Assembly (NCBI RefSeq): GCF_009914755.1
Contig: NC_060926.1
Source: the human T2T-CHM13v2.0 reference genome, Homo sapiens
Direction: 5' to 3' (one strand)
DNA length: 64,000 nucleotides
In this document: positions 22,741 to 38,926 of the stretch, in pieces
Position numbering within the stretch: position 1 is the stretch's first letter
Layout of the letters: every line of letters begins with the position of its first letter
Translations under genes and position numbers: made by a program
Notes under the pieces: model-generated
Told to the model about the DNA's origin: nothing
Seen by the model: the letters and a program-made list of their open reading frames with translations, nothing else
The model's database searches: none

Positions 22741-25662
22741 GTATGTAAAATTTGATTTGTTACTGAAAGAGCCTTTCTAAAAATGTCTTCTTACTGATTG
22801 ATTTTATTTTTGTCAGAAATAACTATTTTAAACAGCAACATTTTCCTAGGGTGTTTAAGCCATCTAAAGATGGCTTAAGTTTATGTTTTAGAGCATAAGC
22901 CTTTGTGGGGATTGGATTACATCCCTAACTGTGAAGTGCATAATGGAACAAATTGAAGATAATGAGCTGAATATATATGGGGAAGTCTTGGTCAGGCGTA
23001 AATACGTTGAAAGTATGGTATAACTTATTTGTTCACTTTATTTGGCAAACAGTTGCATTATTTAGAGGCAGCCTGCACTTTAATTTACATGTAGGGGCAG
23101 AATATTATAAACTTTACTGAGAAAAAAAGTCAAGGTAAATACTTCTTGAATAGAATACACATTTCCTAAAGTGTGTGTTTTGTATTCCTAAAATGCATGC
23201 CTTCACAACAGTAGTAGATAAGGTGAAATGTAGGCCTATTTGTTTTGGAAATGTCTTTCAGTATGGATTAGCCATAGAAGTAGTAGTATGAATAGAATGC
23301 TTAGGAGAAGGAAAGACGACTTACTCGACTTACTCGACTTGACTCTTCAAAAGGAGAAGGCATTATTAGATGGAGTTTCAGATAATATGTTAAAGTGTGA
23401 TCCACCAAAAAACAAAGTGGCCCAAGGAATATTTATGTTATTTTCTAACTTTCAAATTTGTTGTTCATAAAATTGCTGATGAAACTGAAAGTTACCTTTT
23501 TCTTTTATTGAAAAATACTTTACCAGATAGTTACATGCAAATTGGTATTAAAATTTATTAATCTTACAAGTTTGAATTTGGATACATCTTTGTTACAAAC
23601 TATACTATTTAACATGCACTAAAACATTAACATGTTAAAAAATGCTATTTGGGAATTTTGTTTAAAGACACCACCTCCCACCCACCCACCCCCACCAAAA
23701 AAAAAATGGTTGTAAGACTGGCAACCACATAAATAGGCTAGTAAGCAGATTGTTTCATCCTTCTTTATATAGACTAGTAATCCAAGGTAAATAAAATTGA
23801 AGTTGCTTCAGAACAGTGAATTGATCTGTAGAATAATAAACTGGAGGGAAAGCACGTTGTCTTTAAAAGGGAGTTTCACATTTATAGAGGTGAATTATCT
23901 TTTCATCTGACTTTCCTGCTACTGTTAAATGGGTTGGAAACTCAGGAGATAAAGTAGTAGTTACTAAACTTCGTTTATAACAAAAGTTATAAATTGTTTA
24001 AGCGACAACTTCACTAGCTTAGTGACTTATAAAATTGTAGAAACATAATACAGACTATGTCACTTCTTTTAGTTGAGCAGAAAATTGTTTAGCTTCTATT
24101 AACTTATAGAGCTTAGACTTGCTGCTACATGAAGGGACATTTTTGGTGATTTTAATGTGGAGTTCACATAAGTAGTCTTTGTCTACTCTAGTGGGTAATG
24201 TGCCAGCAGGGGTTGTTTCTCTGAAGCCTCTTAACCACTTTCTTCTGTCTACTCCAACCAATAAAGTCCTTGATACTTAGCACCAATTAGCAGATAAAGA
24301 ATTTTATTTCTTAAATCTCAGTGAAGAGTCATCAATAATGGTAGCCTTTATTCATTGGTGTTATTCATTAGAAACTGAAGTCTCTAAAAAGAAAAGACTA
24401 AACATGCTAAAGGACTTCTGAATTTGACAACTGGGTATTGGCCTTTATTTTCAGCATTAACATTTCTCAGCATTTAAAAATACTAAAAATGCCTTATCAG
24501 CTGTTCTCATTAAGATATTTATTTCTCCTAGATTTCCATACCCAGTCCTTAAAAAACAAAACTGCAGATTTTTCTACTCTTCTGTCATTTAGTTGCCTGT
24601 TTCTCCATTATTGTGTGTGCTTTTTTAGCTTTGTGGTTCTTTTGCAGGCTCTGGATCTCCATTTGCAATCCAGAATATTCTTTATATTGAGATGGCCTTT
24701 TGCTTACTTGACAGATAGCCAGATCTAATAATAATTGAAACTTCCTGTAGATGGCCTAAGTTATATCTTACTTCCAATGGATGGGTGTTTGTGGTATAAT
24801 TGCCACCCATTTTCATTTTTTTGCACTCAATTTTAAGGTAAAATACTGGCAGACAATTCCTTGTATACCATCTGCCTTTTGAAGATACTATTCTCTTAAG
24901 ATGTACAGCATTTGAATACATCTCAGTTGTATAACTTTATAAATAGAATCAATGATCTTGTTTCCTCTGGACTTCTGAAAGGAGTTGCATTTGGCAATAG
25001 AAATCGATTCTGGGCTGGAATACATATCAGTATTATTATCTATCAGTAGTACATTAAGAGCTAATTATATTTGTCCTTTAAATGTACTTTATTGTTCTGG
25101 GATGTGCCATATAGCTTTTTAGAATATTATGTGAATTGTTTATAACTTAGGTGATTGTGCTGTTATCTCATTTCCCTTCTTTAGAATATGATTTTTTATC
25201 ACTAATATGTATGTTAATATGAGAAGCTTTAAAAAAACGATTGCTAGATGATGTATTACATTTAGAAAAAACTCAGTTTTTGATCCTGCATATCATTGTA
25301 GATTTAAATTCAAGAAAATTTTATCTTTAAATATGTTGCTTATCTTTGTAGCATAGAAACAAAGGAATTGAAGGATGTCATACATTATTGGGTGTCGTTT
25401 TAAGTTCATTTCAGACTGACACTTTCAAAGGGCTTAAAGATTGAGTGGTGACTTGGTTCCTTATATTAAGCTGCAAACAAAGTATTATCAGTCATAATGG
25501 CTTATTTAAAACTGGAAATTTTTTTGCATGTTTTTTGACTTATGTGAAAATTTCAGGTAAAAATGTGGCCTGAGTAGTTTTTCTCAACTGTAACTCATTT
25601 TCCTATGATACCTATTTCCTAAACTTTTCTGAGGGTATAGAAGTTACTTAAAATTTCACTCA

Positions 25663-26990
<1,328 letters not shown>

Positions 26991-27468
26991 GTTTTACAAG
27001 AGATACTTGCTTAAGCGTTTGTCTCTAGTAGAGTTTTTAATTAAAACAACTTTATTGAGGTATAATTTCCAGACCATAAAATTCACCCATTTTAAGTGGA
27101 CAGTTCAGTGGTTTTTAGTAAACCTGCCTGTTTTAGAACATTTCCATCACTGAAAAGATCCTTCGTGTCCATTTGTAGTCAGTTTCCTTCCCTACACCCG
27201 ACGTCCATTGAGGTCCTTGGTCCATTTTGAATAAATTGTTGTGTATGATGTGAGGTAAGTATCTCGTTCATCTTCTTAGATGTGGATATCCAGCTGTCCT
27301 GGCACCATTTGTTGAACGGAGTGTCTTTCCTCATTGAATTGCCTTGGTACTTTTCTTGAAAATCAGTTGACCATAAATGTGAAGGTTTATTACCGGGCTC
27401 TCTAATGATCTATACTTCTACCCTTATGCCACTACCAAGCCGTCATGATTAGGTTGATATAGCTTTAT

Positions 27469-29050
27469 ATTTTTTATTTATTTATTTATTTTTAAAACGA
27501 TAATGTCAAGTTTAGCCTGTCAAATATACGAGTTGAATTTGTGGAACATATTTTGCCTGTGTGCTGCAAGGTAAACAGAAGTTTCTTGAAATGCTCGATG
27601 GTGTAGGGTTAAAAATGGGTCCTAGCCCTGGCCAGGCAGGTGGGAATGGGACAAAGAAGGGTAGAGATGGAGGCTTCAGAGTGGACTGGCTGGGCTTGGG
27701 CCATGACCCTCAAGGACACAGGAGTACAGGGTCCCAAAGGGCAGCCCCTTTCTGAGTGAGCACCCAAGCAACACACATAGGGGCTGCATGTTGCAAACTC
27801 ATCAGTGCTCAACCCCTGGCACAACCACCCCCTACTGTGTAATGTACCTGACAAAACCCTACTTTCTAAGGCACTCCTCCCAGGCCCCCGACCAGAATCC
27901 TGAACTCTTAAAGATAGTTTTTAAGAAAACATTTAAACGGTTACATATGAAATGCTATCTGCATCTTTCCAGGGTTTTTCTTTTGTTTTTTTTTTTGTTT
28001 GTTTGTTTTTGTTGTTTTTTTTTTTGTTTTTTGGTGAGGTAGGGGTAGTGTTTGAGACGGGGTGTTGCTCTGTCACCCAGGCTGGAGTGCAGTGGAGTGA
28101 TAGCTTATTGCGCCTTGAACTCCTGGGGTTAAGCAAAACTCCTGCCTCAGACTCCCAAGTAGCTGGAACTACAGGCACATGCCACCATACTTGGCTAATT
28201 TTTAAAGTATTTTCTGTAGAGATGGGGTCTCACTATGTTGCCCAGGCTGGTCTTGAACTCCAGGGCTCCAGCTGTCCTCCTGCCTTGGCCTCCCAAAGCA
28301 AGGGATCACAGGTGTGAGCAGCTGCACCTGGCCTGGCACACACAAAGTTATAGCAGGTGCCCTGCCCCAACCCCCACAGGCAGCAAGCTGTGGGGTCTCC
28401 TAGCTGTAAAGGGCTGCTGCAGTGGCGACAGCACAGAGTGGGCAAGGCACAGCAGAGGTTTTGGCAGCATGGCCCAGTTCCTGGTATCTGCTCCTATATA
28501 GTCCATGCTTACTTCTTCAGGGAGAGTGACTGCATTCACTTTCCTGACAAACATGAATCATCTTTTGCTTTCCTCTCTTTCTTCCTCTTGGCTTTCTCCT
28601 GCTATTTCCAGATAATCACCTGCTCTGTCTCCCCAGCTAAATGCAATTTCATGTAATGCTCTTTTGCTTTCTCTTCTCAATGTCTTCTTTTCTTGAAATC
28701 TCCTTTGGCCTGCCCAGATTCAGTTGTGTGACCTTTCTGGTTATCTATGGCATCCAATTGGGGTTCTTCATGTCAATGAGCTGTTCTGTGCCTTTGTACT
28801 TTTGTTGGCAGTCAGTCATCTTCATTCTCAGGCAATCTCTTGCCTGATGCTAGAGATTTCTTCTTTTTTGGGGTCACTTGCAGCCTCCATTCTCCACTCT
28901 CTTCTTGTGTCTTCTCTGGCCTTCTGCTTTTCAACTTGGAGATGTGCGTTGATCTGCTTGGGGAATATTGTACTGCCTTGCTTAGCCTTTGTGGCCTCCC
29001 TTTCTCCTTCCTTTAGGCACAGAGGCTCTGGCAAAGCAGCACCTCAACCA
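27469..29050 (-). pseudogene. Processed pseudogene (retrocopy) of PDAP1 (PDGFA-associated protein 1), antisense in HAT1 intron 8. CDS remnant 29020->28509, followed by a 3' UTR remnant and poly(A).
   Basis: Minus-strand translation across frames gives VPKGRRKGGHKG*ARQY / PKQINAHLQVEKQKARED / AASDPKKE / QQKYKGTEQLIDMKNPN..RKVTQLNLGRPKEISR / KAKEHYMKLHLAGETEQ / KAKDDSCLSGK*MQSLSLKK*. This is colinear with PDAP1 (MPKGGRKGGHKGRARQY...[20 protein letters not shown]). It has no introns, carries stops and frameshifts, and ends in a T-rich tail on + at ~27469-27493. Confidence 0.93.
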
Positions 29051-29282
29051 CATATGAGTCTTGAAATCAGAAGTGAAAGTCCTCCAATTTTGTTCTTTTT
29101 CAAAATTATTTTGTTTATAATGTCCCTTGTATTTCCATAAAAATTTTAGCATAAGCTCACCAATTTCTGCAAAAAAAAAAAAAAAAAAGTCTCTTGGGTC
29201 TTGATAGGGATTGAGGGATTACATTGAATCTGTCATTAATTTGAAGAAAATTCCCATCTTAACAATTCAGAATCCTCTAATC

Positions 29283-29640
29283 CAGGAGTCTCAAAATCCC
29301 GGGCTACGGACTGGTACTGGTCCAGAGCCTATTAGGACTGGGTCACACAGCAGGAGGTAAATGATGGGTGAACAAGCATTACTGCCTGAGCTCTACCTCC
29401 TGTCGGATCAGTGGTGGCATTAGATTCTCATAGGAGCACAAACCCTATTGTGAACTGCACATGTGAAGGATGTAGGTCGAATCTAACTAACGCCTGATGA
29501 CTGATCTGAGGTAGAACAGTTTCATCTGGAAACCATCCCTTGTCTGTTCCCCTCATCCCCAGGGAAATATTGCCTCCCACAAAATCCCTGGTGCTAGATA
29601 TTTTTGGCACTTCTGGTACCAAAAAGGTTGGGGATCACTG
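29283..29640. mobile_element. MER1 (hAT-Charlie) DNA transposon with an 8-bp TSD
   Basis: CAG...CTG termini and MER1 core (gcattagattctcataggagcacaaaccctattgtgaactgc). Perfect TSD CTCTAATC at 29275-29282 and 29641-29648. Confidence 0.88.
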
Positions 29641-30839
29641 CTCTAATCCATTAATATGAAATGTCTTGGGCCAGGCTTGGTGGCTTGCACCTGTAATCCC
29701 AGCACATTGGGAGGCCACAGCAGGTGGATCGCTTGAGCCCAGGAGTTCGAGAGCAGCCTAGGCAATGTGATGAAATCCCATCTCTACAAAAATACAAAAT
29801 TTAGCCAGGCATGGTGGCAAGCACCCGTGGGCCCAGCTACTCAGGAGGCTGAGGTGGGAGGATCACTGGAGCCCAGGAGGTTGAGGCTGCCGTGAGCCAA
29901 GATCGTACACTGCACTGCAGCCTGGGTGAGTGAGACCCTGTCTCAAAAAAAAAAAAAAAAAAAAAAAAAAAGAAAAAGAAAAAAAAAAAAAGAAATATCT
30001 CCATTTAGTTAGATCTTTTAAAACTTTTCTCAACAATGTTGTTTTCAGTATACAAGTTTTGCACTACTTTTGTTAACTTCATTTGTAAATATTTTTGATG
30101 CTGTTGGAAATGGGATTATTTTCTTAATTTCTTAATTTTGTTTTTGGATCATTGATTGTTTTAGTATGTAGAAATACAGTTGGGTTTTATATATTGATCT
30201 TCTATCCTGCACCCTTACTGAACTTGTTTATTAGTTGCAGTAGTTTTTTGGTTAGAATTTTCCACATACAGGATCACATTGTCTGTAAATAAAGACATTT
30301 TTACCTCTTCCTTTGCAGTCAGATGCATTTTCTTTCTTTTTCTTACCCGATTGCTTAGCTGAGAACTCCAATATAATGGTGACTGGCAATGGTGAAAGCA
30401 GACATCTATGCCTTGCTCCCAGTTTTAGAGGGAAAGCATTTGGTCTTTCACCATTGTGGATGATGTTAGCTATAGCTTTCATATGTGTTAATTATGAAAT
30501 TGAGGCAGTTCCCTTCTATTTCTAGATAGTTGATTATTGAGCGTTTTTATCATGAATTGATGTTGGATTTTGTCAAACGCTTTGTTCTGCATGTATTGAA
30601 TTTTTCTCATTTATTTTGTTAACATGGTATATTACATTAATTGATTTTTTTTGGATGTTAAACCAACTTTGCATTTCTGATATAAATCCCATTTAGTTCT
30701 GGTATGTAATTCATTTTATATATTGCCAGATTTGGTTTGCTAATATTTGTTGAGGACATTTGTATCTACATTCATGAGGGATATTGATTTGTAGTTTTTG
30801 TCTTAGATCCTTAGTGTCAGCATAACTCTGGCCTCATAG

Positions 30840-31191
<352 letters not shown>

Positions 31192-32407
31192 TAGAATAGT
31201 TTGTGAAGGATCATCGTTATGTCTTCTTCAGGTTGTTTCATGGAATTTACCAGTAAAGCCATCTGGTTGTAGACTTGTCTTTTTGGGAAGATTTTTAGTT
31301 GGTAATTAAATGTCTCTGTTATAGTCAGTTCACATAGTCATTTACTTTTTGAGTCATTTTGGTAATTTCTTTCTAAAAGCTGTCTGTTTCATCTAAATTG
31401 TCTCATTTGTTGGCATAAAGTTCATGGCATATTCCCTTTTAATTCTTGTGATTTTTGTAAAGTTGGTAGGAATATCCCTTCTTTCATGCCTGATTTTGGT
31501 AAATGTTGTTTTCTCTCTTTTTTTTCAGTCATTCTAACTAAAAGTTTGTCAATTCATCGATCATTTCAAAGAACCAACTTTGTGTTTATGTGAACTTGTC
31601 TATTTTTGTTTTCTTTTTCATTGATTTCTACTCTATTATTATTATTGCTTCTTATTACTTTGGGTTTAATTTGCCCTTCCTTATCTAGTTAAGAGTGACT
31701 CTTAGGTTATATTGATTTGATGTCTTTTTTCTTTTCTTCTTTTAGACAGAGTCTCGCTCTGTCACCCAGGCTGGAGTGCAGTGGTAGAACCTCCACCTCC
31801 CAGGCTCAAGCGATTCTCAGGCCTCAGCCTCCTGAGCAGCTGGGACTATAGGCAGGGGCCACTGCACCCAGCTCATTTTTGTATTTTTGGTAGAGACAGG
31901 GCTTCGCTTTGTTGGCCAGGCTCGTCTTGAACTCCTGGCCTCAAATGATTGGACCACTTTGACCTCCCAAAGTGGTGAGATGACAGGTGTGAGCCACCAT
32001 GCCTGGCCTTTCTTTTCTAATATAGACATTTAAATACCTAAATATTTACACATAATATACATTTATATATAAATATAAGCGTTGATGTAGCTGCATCACA
32101 AGTTTTTAGAAATTGTGCTTTCATTTTCATTCAGTTCAAAATATGTTTTAATTTTCCTTGTGATTTCTTTTTTGATCCATGGATTATTTAAAAGCTTGTT
32201 GTTCAATTTCTAAATAATGTGGATTCCCATGTTTCCTTTTGTAAAGTTTGAATTTAATTCCACTGTTGTTAAAGAACATATTTTAGGGCCAGGCGCGGTG
32301 GCTCACACCTGTAATCCCAACACTTTGAGAGGCGGAGGCTGGCAGATCATCTGAGGTCAGGAGTTTGAGACCAGCCTGATCAACTTGGAGAAACCCCATC
32401 TCTACTA

Positions 32408-32566
<159 letters not shown>

Positions 32567-32567
32567 T

Positions 32568-32611
<44 letters not shown>

Positions 32612-32703
32612 CCGGGAGCCGTGGCTCACGCCTGTAATTCCAGCACTTTGGGAGGCTGAGGCAGGCGGATCATGAGGTCAGGAGATCGAGACCATCCTGG
32701 CTA

Positions 32704-32949
<246 letters not shown>

Positions 32950-33364
32950 TTATGTGATTTTATATTTAATTTTTGCATGACCTTCCAGTGAACCTTTTTC
33001 ATTTATTCTGTTTGTCTATTTATCTACCTATGTAGCTATCTTTTGAGACAGAGTCTTGCTCTGTCGCCCACATTGGAGTGCAGTACCACAATCATGGCTC
33101 ACTGCAGCCTTAACCTCCTGGCCTCAAGTGATCCTCCTGCGTCAGCCTCCCAAGTCGTTGGGCCTACAGGTGCACGCCACCACACCCAGCTAATTTTTAC
33201 TTTTTTTGTAGAAACGAGGTTTTGCCATGTTGCCCAGGCTGGTCTGGAACTCCTGGGCTCAAGCAATGCCCCCATCTTGGCCTCCCAAAGTGCTAAGATC
33301 ACAGGTGTGAGCCATCATGCCCAGCCCTTTTTCATTTATTGAGTTTTGTTTTCTGTTCAAGCTT

Positions 33365-33579
33365 AGAGGTCAGCAAACTTTTTTTTTTTTTTTTTTTAAG
33401 GATAGGTTGTATTTTATGCTTTGCAAGCTACACACAGTCTCTGTTGCATACTCTTGGTTTTTGTTGTTGTTTTGGTTGTTTTAAACAACCCTTTAGAAAC
33501 CATTCTTAGTTCACATACCATACAAAAAAAGGCCACAGGCAAGATTGGCCCATGGGCCATCATAGTTTATTGATCCCTG
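33365..33579. mobile_element. MER58-family (hAT-Charlie) MITE
   Basis: AGAGGTCAGCAAACTTTTT ... GGCCCATGGGCC..TAGTTTATTGATCCCTG termini. Confidence 0.7.
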
Positions 33580-34121
33580 GCTTAACATTAAGTCTTTCCT
33601 GGATGACTGTTCCTTGTACACTTGTAAAGAACATGTATTTTGCTGTTATTGAGTACAATGTTCTGTAAATATCAGTTGGGCCAAGTTGATTGATAGTGCC
33701 GTTCAGGCCTTCTATATCTTTGCCATTTTTCTGTCTAATTGTTCTATCGATTATTGAGAGTGTAGTATTGAAATTTCAGACTTTTTATTGTATTGTCTAT
33801 TTCTCCCTTTAATTCTGTCAGTATTTTCTTCATGTATTTTGGGACTCTGTTGTTAGTTGTGCATTTGTTTATAATTGTAATATCTTCCTGATGAATAAAC
33901 TTTTTTATCATTATAAAATGTGCCCCTTTTTTGTCTTAAACTCTTTTTTTAAAAAAAAAAAAATAGAGACAGGGTTTTGCCATATTGCCCAGGCTGGTTT
34001 CAAACTCCGGAGCTCAAGCGATCTACCTGCCTTGGCCTCCCAAAGTGTTGGAATTACAGGCATGAGCCACTGCACCTGGCCTTACACTCTATTTTGCCTG
34101 ATATTAATATAGCCACTCTAG

Positions 34122-34472
<351 letters not shown>

Positions 34473-35252
34473 TAGACTTTGAACCTATCCATCTTGAATC
34501 TAAAATGTTTCTCTTGTGGACAGCATATAGTTGGAACTTTTAAAATTCGGTCTGACACGCTTTGTCTTTTGATTAGAATATTTTAATATACATGCATTTA
34601 ATGTAATTATTACTATGCTTGGAATTATGCCCGCCATTTTGCTGTTTTCTGTATGTCTCATTTCTTTTGGTGGGGAGGGGGGACAGGGTCTCGCTCTGTC
34701 AGAGTCTGAAGTCCAGTGGCATGATCATGGCTCACTGCAGCCTCAAACTCCTGGGCCCAAGCTGTCCTCCCCTCTCAGCCTGCCAAGTAGCTAGGACTAC
34801 AGTCGTATGCCACCACACTTTGGCTGATTTGTTTTATTTTTAGTGGAGACGAGGTCCTGCTATGTTGCCTAGGCTGGTCTTGAACTCTTGAGCTCAAGTG
34901 ATCCTCCCGCCTTGGCCTCTCAAGGTGCTGGGATTACAGGTGTGAGCCACCACACCTAACCCTTTTTGTTATTTTGTTTCTTTTTTACTGCCTTCTTTTG
35001 TGTTAAATAATATTTTCTATTGAACCATTTCAATTCCTTTGTGGTTTTTTAAATTTTTTTTAAGTTATTTTCTTAGGCTGGGCTCAGTGACTAATGCCTA
35101 TAATCCCAGTACTTTGGGAGGCCAAGGAGGAAGGATCACTTGAGGCCAGGAGTTTCAGACCAGTCTAGGCAACATAGCAAGACCCTATCTCTTTACCAAA
35201 AAAAAAAAAAAAAGAATTAGCAGAGTGTGGTGGCACACACCTGTAGTCCTAG

Positions 35253-35904
<652 letters not shown>

Positions 35905-38677
35905 GTAATTGTCTTTTAAATTAGTTGAAAGAAGAAAAGAGAAAAAATAATCTAACTTTTATATATATTTTTATGAGTATTCTTAATTTCTTCATGTAGA
36001 TTTCAGTGGTACTATGTTCTTTTAGCCTGAAGGAGTTCTTTAATACTTCTTTTGGGCAGGTCAGCTAGCACCAGATTTCCTCAGTCTTTGGTTTTCTGGG
36101 AATATCTTTATTTCACCTTTATTTTGAAGGATAGTTTTGCTGGATACAGAATTCTTGGTTGATAGGTTTTTTTTTCTCCTGTTGGTACTTTGAATATGTC
36201 ATCCCACTGACTTCTGACCTCCTTGGTTTCTAATGAGTCATTTTTCTCTTGCTGCTTTAAAGATTTTCTGTTTCTCTCACTTTTGACAGTTTGATTATGA
36301 CATGTTTGGGTGTAGATCTCTTTATGTTTTTCCTAGTTGAAGTTTGAGCTTCCTAGATGTGTTGACCAGTGTTTTTCATCAAATTTGGGAAGTTTTTGAC
36401 CATTATTTCTTCAAGTATTTTTTCTGTTCCTTCCTTTCCTCTCTTATATGCTTGAACAATTTTAATATAGGGTGGTGTCAGAGTTCAGTTTATATTTTAT
36501 AACACAGGGGAGAATAGGTAAGGAGAATGAGTTTAAAAAAGGTTATTAGTTGACAAAAATACTGGTGGAAGCAGATAGAAGAAATAAATGTCCTCCAGGT
36601 TTCTGGGTGGCTTGTATAACTGGATGATGCAGGTAAATTAAAGTGAGAAAAGACTGAAGAATGGGATAGGGTGACAAATTACATAACAGTCTTAGGTTTA
36701 TTTTCTGTGTAGGTCTGTATTTTACTTATTTTGTTTTACTGTTGATTTCACCATTCTTAATAGATCATAATTTCATCCCAAATTGATGCAGTGACTTGAT
36801 TTCAATTCTTCCTATTTTAAAGTCATAGTCAAATAGCACTTAATAACTACATGCATATGATGTGTATAATTAACTGTGGCATAGAAGCATAAAAAAGGTA
36901 TTTAGTACAAATCAGTTGAATGAATGAATGTGTTTCTTGGAATCATGAGACATTACCCTGTCTCAGGCTTTTTAAAAAAATAGCTTTATTGGTATATAAT
37001 TAACACATCATACAATTCATTCACTTAAAGTAGACAGTTTTAAGATGATATTTACAGCACAACCATCACCATAATCTTTCTGTTGGTCTGAGACAGTCTC
37101 ACTCTGTCACCCAGGCTGGAGTGCAGTGTGTGATTGCAGCTCACTGCAACCTCTGCCTCCTGAGTTCAAGTAACTCTCATGCCTCAGACTCCTGAGTAGC
37201 TGGGATCACAGGAATGTGCCACCACACCTGGCTAATTTTTGTATTTTTAGTAGAGACGGTGTTTTGCCATGTTGGCCAGGCTGGCCTCGAACTTCTAGTC
37301 TCAAGAGATCTGTCCACCTCTGCCTCCCAAAGTGCTAGCGGCCCTAGCGAATCATCTAATTTTGGAATATTCTGTTCCCCCATAAAAGAAACCCCGAAAA
37401 GAAGTCCCTGTTAGCACTCCTTTCCTCCCCTCAACTCCTATCCCTAGGCAACCACTAATCTACTTTCTGTCTCTATAAATTTGCCTATTCTGGACATTGG
37501 AATCATGCAATATATGACTAGTTTCTTTCACATAGCATGTTTTCAAGGTGCATTCTTACAGCATGTAACAGTACTTCATTTCTTCTTATTGCCAAATAAT
37601 ATTCCATTGTGTGGTTATATCATTTTATTCATTGGTCAGTTGAACATTTTAGATTATTCCCACATTTTGGCTCTTATGAATAAATAATGCTACTAGGAAC
37701 AGTCATGTACAAATTTTTATGTGGACCTGTGTTTTCATATCTCTTGGGCATATACCTAAGACTGGAAATTATGGGAAATCTGGTAACTATGTTTAACTTT
37801 TTGAGGAATCACCAGACTATTTTCCAAAATGGCTACACCATTTTACATTTCCACTACCAGTGTATCAGGGTTTCGGTTTCTCCACATCTTCATCAATACT
37901 TGTTACTGTGTTTTTAATTCTAGCCATCCTTGTAGGTATGAAGTGGTATATCATTGTGGTTTTGATTCACATTTCCTGTGGCTAGGGAGACTGTGCATCT
38001 TTTCATGTGTTTATTATCCACTTGTATATATCTTATTGATAAATGTCAACTTAGATCCTTTGCCCATTTTTTAGTTGGGTCTTTTTTTTTTTACCAAATT
38101 ATAAGAGTTTGTACACCAATTTATATGAATCTGGATACAGGTGCTTTATTAGATACATGATTTGCAAATAGTCTCCCATTCTGTATGTTATTTTTTTCAT
38201 TTTTTTACTGGTGTCATTTGAAACACAAGAGTTTTAAAATTTTTGTCACCTAGTTTATTTGTTTTTTCTTTTGTTGCTTATGCTTTGGTCTCATTATCTA
38301 AGAAACCATTGTCTAACCAAAGGTCATGAAGATTTACTCCTGTGTTTTCTTCTAAGAGTTTTGTAGTTTTACCTCTTAAATTTGGGACTGTGATCAATTT
38401 TGGTTAATTTTTATGTATGGTGTGAGGAAAGGGGATCCCACTTTATTCTTTTGATGATAGAGATCCAGTTGTCCCATCACCATTTGTTGAAAAGACTCTT
38501 CTTTCCCCCATTGAATTGTCTTTGCAACCTTCTCCAAGATTAACTGACCTAAATCTATGGTTTTATTTCTGGACTATCAGTTCAGTTCCATTCATGTGTA
38601 TGTCTGTCCTTATGCTAGTGTCACATGGTCTTGATTATCATAGGTTTGAAGTAAGTTTTGAAATCAGAACGTGTTGA

Positions 38678-38926
<249 letters not shown>

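Noticed and set aside
28828-29034. 68-aa minus-strand ORF as a functional small protein
   Set aside because: A chimeric frame of the disabled PDAP1 retrocopy. The surrounding CDS has stops and frameshifts and has lost its ATG.
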